Assembly (NCBI GenBank): GCA_951406725.2 | Contig: OX597819.1 | Location: forward strand, 66,340,001-66,404,000 | From: Octopus vulgaris | Lineage: Eukaryota | DNA: 64,000 bases | Direction: 5' to 3' | Shown here: positions 54,641 through 64,000 of the stretch, piece after piece | How positions within the stretch are numbered: position 1 is the first letter of the stretch | How the letters are laid out: the number at the start of each line of letters is the position of its first letter | The notes under the pieces: generated by a model | What the model saw: the letters and a program-made list of their open reading frames with translations, nothing else | The model's database searches: none | Told to the model about the DNA's origin: nothing | Made by a program: the position numbers and the translations under genes

Positions 54641-55836
54641 AAAAACAACGATAAAAACAACCTAAGTGGAGCAAGTTTTAGCAAATGTTGAGTATGCTCA
54701 ACGCGTAAAAGGAAGGGGCAAATTTCCGGTGTTTGGGACACCAGTCTTGTATCAGATGAAAGATATGCAAGACATTTATAAGAAGACAATTTAAATGTAA
54801 ATTCAAGAGAAGAAAAGCGGGCGAGATTGTAAAGTTGCAGGGATGGGTATTTGGTTCTATAGGGTTGAGCTATAATAACGGATAAGGGATGAAATGTGTA
54901 CGGCTGTAGGAGTGTAAGTATACACTGAGATAGTATAAAGGAGCAAAATGTATGTGTGGGATTTGGGGAGGGGGTGTTTTTGTGTGTAAAGATTTGCATG
55001 TGTTGAAATGTAGTCGCGTTTATTGATGGGAGTGCAGGTTGTTGCCCTCTATGTGCATCATATTGTGCACGAGGACTGCGTGAAAGGAAGCTGTGGAAGC
55101 GGACTTGAGTGTGATGTGAAAGAGAAAGAGGAATATGGAGAGTTTAGCATAAGTCTGTGCGGGGTTATGAAGGTGAGATGTGGTTATTTGAGAAGTGAGA
55201 GAAGAAAAGGAGTACGATGGAAAGAGGAAATATTTATGTAACAAAAAGGGAATATTTTAGGAGTTTCTGTTAGAGAAGAAAATCTTGGAGCCTTGAAGGA
55301 TCATGTGAAGATATTTTTTTTTACTTCAACCGCTTTTTCTTTCATATTCTCCTCCTGCATGTATCTTCTCTCTGTTTCTTTTTTTTTTTCTGATGAATTG
55401 TCCGAATTGTTAAACCTTTCCCTTTTAAATGTCAAACTAAAAAACGTGCGTTAAATCTTGTCCTGTCTGTGGGGTTTTCTTTAATTTTATAATTTTTACA
55501 TACTATATTTCAATTCCTTGATTGTGGACCTCTTATTTTTCTAACTACTCCAAAATATCTGGCATTTATAATGCAAGAATTCTTTCTGTGGTCATTCAAT
55601 ATGATGATGATTGATTCTTGGGGAAACATCTAAGTCTGTAAGACGTGTAATATTTTTGTGGACATCATTTGTCATTCTGGTTAATTTGCCCATCTATGTT
55701 GCTCCGATGGATTTGTACAAGACGACTATAAACGATGAGTGTGTTTTCATTGTTTATCTTGTTTAGGAGCTTTTGTTATTCTGTAAATATGAATAGGTTT
55801 TTGAAGAAGTATTTTATTGCTTTTAAATTCGAACAG

Positions 55837-56015
55837 GGACAGGCATAACTTTGCAATTAAGAAGCTGGCTTTGTAACCACGTGGACCCGGGTTCAGTCCG
55901 ACTGCGCAGTACCTTGGATTGTATGTGTATATGTATATGCGTGTGAATACGTGTGTATGTCTTTCTGCTTCTTGTTGGTCGATCCCCACCACACTTGACA
56001 ACTGGTGTTGGTTTG
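55837..56015 (+). mobile_element. SINE family 2, highly diverged
   Basis: gggttcagtccgactgcg...accttgg...cttgacaactggtgttgg. Confidence 0.55.
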
Positions 56016-56022
56016 CTGAACT

Positions 56023-56124
56023 ACATTGGTTTGAAACCTCTGACATATGTGGCCAACCTACTGAAGCCAACCACGGTTGCCTTCAGTAGGTTGTCCACAT
56101 ATGTCAGAGGCTTCAAAACAATGT
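56023..56124. repeat. 102-nt near-perfect palindrome
   Basis: 50-bp arms, 46 of 50 complementary, 2-nt centre. Confidence 0.9.
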
Positions 56125-56199
56125 GATGACCCATTATCATTCAACAGGGATAAATCTTCATGGATTCTCTTTAGAATTCTCTTAAGATAATCATGAGAT

Positions 56200-57250
56200 T
56201 TGACGAGAACTTGAAAGTATTTTGCTGAAGTATTATGCTCTAGGGTTGTTGGTAATGTGGATTATTTGTGTGATACCTAAATAGCAAGAGTTTTGTCAAT
56301 ACTTTGATGATCATTCATTATCTAGCACTTACGTGGCATAACAATCTTTTCTGGTTTCCAATCGCCATACTGCTTTCTTATTCACTAAAAAAAGAGTGTG
56401 TGCGCTCCATTAACCATCTATCTATTGCAAGGTTTGAATTTAGATCATCGTCAATATAACTGCAAGAAAGACTAATACGGAACCATGAGTTGGAGTGCAT
56501 TATAGATACTCGGCGCCCCAGTTAGCCTAGAGTTGTAGCTCTGTAAAAGAGAAGAACCGCAGATAAATGTGCCAGAGAGTCATCGCCTACACCCATTTCC
56601 CATTCAGTTGTACCTAGAATGACTTGTGCATCATTAGTCACGGTTGACTAATACTTTTGAAGCAAAGAGTCGAGACTATTGATAGAAGAGGTAATCTTCC
56701 TCTAGAAATAACCACACCCCTTAGAAAAGAAACGAAATTGCAGACGCTCCAATTTAGTCAGATGAAAAGAGGGTGAGGCCAGTTAGAAAGATGGTAATAC
56801 AAAACGGAAGCAATTCAGTCATTTACCTTCTCTGTGCGTTTCCTCAGGGATACCTATCTCTGCTGGCTTCTATGCTGGTGATCGGGTTCCTGACTTCATC
56901 GACTTTGACTTGTGATTTGCACTAATGAAACTTAATAACCTCATCAGTTTAGCAATATACGGCATTGGCTGATACGGAGGTAAACCGTGAAAAGCCTCAC
57001 CAATTTGTTCTCTTTAACGTGTGCTCCTGCCATCACTGTTCTATCAGAACGGTGCCGAAAACTTCTATTTTAATAGTGTCTGACAGCAACACGTGGCCAA
57101 TGACCGGGTATGCTGAAATTGTGTACTCTCGACCACTTAGAACAGGGTATTTCTCAATTCCTTCGCCTTCTAGAACAAGTGCTTAATAACTAATTCGTAA
57201 AAGAACAATGAATAAATACCCTTTCATCAAAGGGGCAAATTGTTGTGCCA
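56200..57250 (-). mobile_element. Possible very old Tx1/L1 RT remnant
   Basis: Minus-strand fragments GREYTISAY and YYHL...LTKLERLQFRFFSKG resemble the post-RT region of Tx1. Confidence 0.3.
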
Positions 57251-58529
57251 CCGAAGTGGTTTGAGTAGACTCCGAACAAGTCACTACGTCCCTCACAAAA
57301 GCTGACTGCATCCGTTAATTAGCCATCGTTGACAAAATGCTTCTGCTTGTGGCCCAATAAATGCCCCAGAAGAAGAGCAAGTGCGTCGGATAACGGGGAT
57401 GCCGCAGCTGTAGTCGTCAGTCGTTGTTGAAGTGTAGAGTTCAGGTTCGATCTTTCAGTGGGAATACAAGTTTACATGTGGACCCCGGTTACATGCAAAC
57501 ACGTATATGTTTGGGATAGTGTGATCCGTGGCATCGTCGTAGAGGATTCGCCGACCAAATCACTGCCGATTATAGGAGCTCACGTAGCCTGGGTTTCGTT
57601 TGATGTGTTAAAAGCAATTTTTAAACCTTTCTCCAAAACTTGTCGGTACTTTGTTTTATTGTTTTCGAAATAAATGGATACAAAATCAATCTAGACTTGG
57701 TTTGAACCTAAAATTAGTAGACGTACCTAAATTGAGTAAGGAGATTTTCCGTTGCTCTACCGATTCTGTTGCACACAAATATTGATATATTAAAGATGAA
57801 AAGAGATTAAAAAAAAGGAACAGTACAAGCAGCGGAAATTAATCCTAAAGCCATTAGTTCGGAGAGTTTCCAAGAATAGATGCCCTTCTTCTTCTTCTTC
57901 TTCTTCTTCTTCTTCTTCTTCTTCTTCTTCTTCTTCTTCTTCTTCCTTCAACTCCTAGTGTTCGTTATTTAAAATATTGGTCTCGTATTCAGTCTGTCTC
58001 TTCTCTTCGCGAAACCGTTTGTTGTAGAATATAAATGTCAATATTCTCATCTTTACTCATCCATCTTTCTAAAGCTCCACCCCCATATCTCGTTCTTCAT
58101 TCCCCATCTATCTCTCTCATGCCCTCCCACATTCTCGCCCACCTCACTCTTTCGCTCACTCTCTCCTTTCATTGGTCTCTCTCATGTCCTCCCACCTCTC
58201 TCTTTCGCTCACTCTCTCCTTCCACCAGTCTCTCACGTTCTCTCTTTCTGTCTTTTACCCGACGTCTCTTCTCCAACTTTTAATTCATAATAGAATTCTA
58301 CAAATGAAAAAAAAAAAAACAAGAAAAAAATAATAATAGGGGGGAAAAATTTTATTTATTCTTTTCCTTTTTCTGTTAACAAATCAGCGACTGTTTTAAC
58401 ATTTTTCTTAATGGTTTCTTTCCTCAGAAGATTATCAAGTGTAATGGAAGAATCAGTCAGGTTTTTACTATTTTAGAATATAACATGTATTTATTTGAGA
58501 TTCAGATTTACACATTTCACTCTCATTCA

Positions 58530-58590
<61 letters not shown>

Positions 58591-58837
58591 ACTTTGTATA
58601 GTTTTCACTCTTTACTTCCTGGTACAGTTTTTCTTTCACTCTCTCTCGGTCGCATTCTCATAATTTCTTAATGCTTTTCTTTGTGCATCAAAATATTTAA
58701 TTTTTTTTACTGTCTTATAATTTTTGTTTGCTTCATTTTATTGTTAATGCTTCTATTTTTTTTTTACATAATCTAAATTGTTTACTTTCTTTTGTAAATA
58801 TTATTCTCTCTCTCACCAGATACATACATATACATAC

Positions 58838-58875
<38 letters not shown>

Positions 58876-58929
58876 TCATATATATATGCATTTACATATA
58901 TATATATATATATATATATACATACTCGC

Positions 58930-58988
<59 letters not shown>

Positions 58989-59053
58989 TATATGCATATA
59001 AAAAATATATATACATCCATATACATACATGTATATGAATATATATATTTATG

Positions 59054-59088
<35 letters not shown>

Positions 59089-59480
59089 CATATATATATA
59101 TATATATACATATTTATGTATGTATGTATGTATAATTGTATACACACACACACATTTATGTTTAAATATTATTTTTATTGTTTTATTTTATATATATTTT
59201 CGGCGGTGCTTGTTTATGTTTTCTGTCATGTATTTACTTGTATTTCCTCTTCCATTATTTTTTTTTCAATACACATCTTTTTCAAATTTTCACTGCATTT
59301 ATTTTCTGATACTTTCATTCTTTCTTGTTTCCTTTCTTTCTTTTTCTTTTTTCATTTTTTTTTTGTATTACATCAGGAAAAGAAGAAAGAAGTTGTTAGT
59401 TCAATCCATTAAAGCTTTTCCGCACATTGTAGAAAACGCTGCTGAATATGTATAACTGTATGTAAGCACACACACACACA

Positions 59481-59562
<82 letters not shown>

Positions 59563-59680
59563 AACAGACTCAAACACACACATATATAAATGTACGTTTT
59601 GATAGTATATATGCATACGCACGCACATTTCTATCTTTCTCTCGCTCTCTCTCTTTATATATATATATATATATACATAC

Positions 59681-59717
<37 letters not shown>

Positions 59718-59909
59718 AAGATATACATTTCTACATATATTTATATTTAAGCATATATTTGCAGGTTTATGTGTGAGGGTATATATATACATATGTATAT
59801 TTTGATTATATAAATATATATATATATTTATATACATACATGTATATATATTTATACATACATAAATACATACACATACAGTCACACAGATATATATATA
59901 TACATATAC

Positions 59910-59966
<57 letters not shown>

Positions 59967-60254
59967 AGTATGTATATTTATATATTGATATATGTGTAGG
60001 AATAAACATATAGGTACGTATCTATACCTTTAGCAATACTCTGCGCCGTGAAATAAATTCCACGTCTGAAATGAGTCAAATTTCTCATTACATTTTCGAT
60101 TTACAGTTTAATTAAAAACACTGTTTCACTGAATTTTGTGCAGCTCTCGTATCAAAGATATCGGATCTGCGCTTCTGCCTTGAGCTTACTCCTCCTCCTC
60201 CTCCTCCTCCTCCTCCTCCTCATCCTACTACTACTACTACTACTACTAATACTT

Positions 60255-60292
<38 letters not shown>

Positions 60293-60349
60293 GCTACTGC
60301 TACTGCTGCTGCTGCCACTACTACAACCACCACCACCACCACCACCACC

Positions 60350-60404
<55 letters not shown>

Positions 60405-60689
60405 GTATTGGTTTCAAATTTTGGCTCAAGGCCAGTGATTTTTTAACCCGATTGCATAGACTCCATTACACGACTGGAAAGTTGAATCGACCTTGGTTGA
60501 AGTTGAAATCAAATCATATAGAGACGAACAGAATGCCGTTCAGCATTTTATCCGGCGTGCGAACTCTTTTATCCCTTCGTGATCGATGAAGTAAATACCA
60601 GTTGAATACTGTGGTTCAGGTAATCGACGAGCGCTCCCTCCCGAATTTTCACGTATTGTGCCTATAGTAGAAAGGATTATTATTATTAT

Positions 60690-60975
60690 TGACTGAGTTT
60701 CGCTCTTATTCCTGATAGGAAGTATGTGGGTAACGGGTTACTACCTGTAAATTTAGGTTTCCACAAGTTTTCAGTCGTATGTCAAATACTTAGACACCTC
60801 CTGATAATCATTACTGTTCCTAAGAAACAAACTTTCCGTAGGAGTTCCACAAGACATTCAATTTTGACCTCCTTCAACCATTTGTTTATACTTTGGTTTA
60901 CTGTTCCCAACGCACCAATTTTTATAGGCACAACCTTTACTCTTCTCCTACTCCAAATTTTTCCCATTTCAAAAT
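60690..60975 (-). mobile_element. 3' end of an R4/Dong-like (RLE) non-LTR element in (TAA)n
   Basis: KIWSRRRVKVVPIKIGALGTV...LLRKVCFLGTVMIIRRCLSI*, then a short UTR and (TAA)n. Confidence 0.8.
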
Positions 60976-60995
60976 TACTATTATTATTATTATTG

Positions 60996-61030
<35 letters not shown>

Positions 61031-61329
61031 GTAGTTGTTGTTGTTGTTGTTGTGGTGGTGGTATGTGGGGGTTGTTGTTGTTGCTGTTGTTTTTGTTATT
61101 GTTGTTGTTAGTAGCGTTTGTATTTTGTTTCCATTTCTTGTCAAATTTCTTCCAGATACTTAGCGCAGAAACACTCACTGTACACAGTGGTATACATTGG
61201 TCACTGTATACATTGTTCATATAGAAGTGATAGGGAAAAATAAAAAAATTAAAAGGAGAAAAAAATGAAAATAAAATAAAAATAAGAAGAATAAAGAAAT
61301 CAAAGAGAATAGAGAGGAAAAAAGGGAAA

Positions 61330-61530
61330 GAAATTCCCAGCGAAAATGCTTCTCTCAATACGCGCGACGTACCAGTTAAAACAATCTTTTGCAATTCTTG
61401 CTTGGAATGGTAAGCCAAGGATCATACTAAAGGAATTTTCAGCTGCATTTCTGATCATTCCAAATGAGCCTACAGTCACTGGCATTCTAGCCGTCCTGAG
61501 CATACCCACGAGCATATGGCGTAGTGTTTA
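61330..61530 (-). mobile_element. R4/Dong-like C-terminal fragment, diverged
   Basis: MPVTVGSFGMI...ELQKIVLTGTSRVLREAFSL (frameshifted). Confidence 0.65.
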
Positions 61531-61570
61531 AAAGCGAAGGGCTACTAACCCCAAGATTCCGAGGCAGTGA

Positions 61571-61606
<36 letters not shown>

Positions 61607-61623
61607 TGATAATGATGATGATG

Positions 61624-61669
<46 letters not shown>

Positions 61670-61809
61670 CAATAAAAATAAAAATAATAACAACAACAAT
61701 AATAATAAAAATAATAACAACAACAATAATAATAAAAATAATGATAACAACAACAACAATAATAATAAAAATAATAATAACAACAACAACAATAATAATA
61801 ATAATAATA

Positions 61810-62055
61810 ATGGGAACTGCTCATATCCTACGCAAAATACTCTCTATGTAATCCCAAGGTTTAAAACAAACTTTTTTTTATTTTTTATTTAAAAAAAATT
61901 TTTTTTTATGTATTAGACATTCACTAGTACAACACCCAAAAAAAAACACCCCCCCCCCAAATATATGGCACAGAACTTCCAACCTGTTGTCTCTTGAGGT
62001 CTCTGGGTGAGACTTGGAGCCAAATTGTACAGACATAAAGCAAAAGTCAAACATA

Positions 62056-62058
<3 letters not shown>
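61810..62058 (+). mobile_element. R4/Dong-like 3' end in (TAA)n
   Basis: MGTAHILRKILSM* plus a UTR homologous to 34960-35130; (AAT)n on both sides. Confidence 0.8.
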
Positions 62059-62100
<42 letters not shown>

Positions 62101-62117
62101 TGATGATAATAATAATG

Positions 62118-62158
<41 letters not shown>

Positions 62159-62435
62159 TTTGTGAAACTTTTCAATGATTCTCAATTTGGGGTATCTGGA
62201 TGAATCGTACAACCACATGTGAACATAGAGTACATACGTCCTCACAAACATGGACACTGATGAAATGAAAACATGTTCTATTGAGATACCCAAGCCAAGA
62301 AAAGTATGTTTATGTACATGAAACATAGAAATACAACACGCACCTATATATGCCTACGTCCACCAGTCCAGAGGCCCAGGAAGTAGCCAGACGAAAACAA
62401 AAACGATTGCTACTTTGTTAGTGACCGGCTTGAAA

Positions 62436-63243
62436 TTTTCTAGTCTAGGCAGAAGGCCCGACATTTTTGATGAGGGGCCAGTCGATTAGATCGAACCCAG
62501 TAGGTAACTGGTACTTAATTTATCGACTCCAAAAGGATGAAAGGCAAAGTCGACCTCGGTCGAATTTAAACTCAGAACGTAACGGCAGACGAAAGATCGC
62601 TGAGCATTTCGCCCGGCGTTCTAATGTTTCTTTTCTACTCTAGGGAGAAGGCCCTAAATTTTGGGGGAATGGACTAGTCGATTAGATTGACCCCAGTACG
62701 CAACTGGTAATTCATTTATTGACCCCGAAAGGATGAAAGGCAAAGTCGCCCTCGGCGGAATTTGAACTCAGAACGTAAAAACAGACGAAATACCGCTAAG
62801 CATTTTGCCCGGCGTTCTGACGTTTCTCATTTCTTTATTGCCCAAAACGGGCTAAAATAGAGGGGACAAACAAGGAGAGACAAAGAGATTTAGTCGATTG
62901 CATCGATCCTAGCGCGTAACTGGTTCTTAATTTATCGACCCCAAAAGGATGAAATGCAAAGTCGACCTCGACGGAATTTGAACTCAGAATGTAACTGCAC
63001 ACGAAATACCTATTTCTTTACAACCCACATGGGGCTAAACACAGAGAGGACAAACAAGGACAGACAAACGAATTAAGTCTATTACATCGAGCCCAGTGCG
63101 TAACTGGTACTTAATTTATCGACCCCGAAATGATGAAAGGCAAAGTCGACCTCGGCGGAATTTGAACTCACAACGTAACGGCAGACGAAATACTGCTAAG
63201 CATTTCGCTCGGCGTACTAAAGTTTCTGCCAGCTCGCCGCCTT
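62436..63243 (-). mobile_element. Tandem tetramer of SINE family 1
   Basis: Four cores; full head only at the 63243 end; junctions at ~62630, ~62826 and ~63010. Confidence 0.85.
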
Positions 63244-63668
63244 GTGACAGGTTTGAATTCTGCGAACAGGAAAAGAAAATTAGAATATAGCGCAAAGAAA
63301 AATGCACCCACCCACAAACATGCACACACACACACGCACACACGCACATACACACGTACACACATGTCTGTGTGCATGTAAACATGCCTTCTGTTGTTTT
63401 TATTTATTTATGCAATATGGACAATCTAAAAACTGTGTTGGTGTTCCTTGGCAAGAGAACTTGGCAACAAAACTACCAACATTTCTCTGTTGTCTGAAAA
63501 ATACGTTATATGAAATACCGCTATTATATTTCTACATGCCAACAAATATGAACGCGTATACATGCATATACACACACACTTACACATACATCCACATATG
63601 CACACACTGACACAAAACACAGATATTTATATGCTTACATACCTAAACATATTTAGCTAGCTATATAT

Positions 63669-63701
<33 letters not shown>

Positions 63702-63712
63702 CTGTGTGCATG

Positions 63713-63772
<60 letters not shown>

Positions 63773-64000
63773 AGATGTATATGTATATATTAATGTACAG
63801 TGTACTGGTATACATACGAATAAATAATATTGAATAAAAAATAAAATGTAAAAATTAGACATGCATTCAGAAATAATGCACAGTTAAGTGTACAAATATA
63901 TTCATAAATAATAGGATAATACATATACATACACACGTGTGTGTATGTGTGTTGCCTGTGTGCACAAACGTGTGTATAAATGTACACATACAGATACACA

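Noticed and set aside
54640-55545. LINE or PLE remnant with CTGATGA at 55390
   Set aside because: No pairable stems or clear protein motifs.

Overview
AT-rich eukaryotic intergenic or intronic DNA, saturated with microsatellites ((TA)n, (CA)n, (TATC)n, (TAA)n, (GAT)n) and transposable elements. The SINE families and repeat landscape point to an octopus (cephalopod) genome; this is an inference from recognition, not a search. No host gene could be supported, and most ORFs in the track are microsatellite artefacts. The window holds: a near-intact, 5'-truncated Penelope-like element of the Naiad type (RT plus C-terminal GIY-YIG, 322-3470) with a hammerhead ribozyme (HHR) in its 3' UTR; several other PLE tails or HHR relics inserted in (TA)n; three tRNA-derived SINE families; two tandem Tx1/L1-like LINEs; R4/Dong-like 3' ends in (TAA)n; and mariner, Tc1, hAT and Helitron remnants. 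Best signal: two independent insertion junctions (the inverted 5' piece at 322-389 and a solo homologous fragment at 28053-28280) both map to the predicted HHR cleavage site at 3258/3259. This suggests ribozyme-cut RNA ends define what gets retrotransposed into (TA)n.
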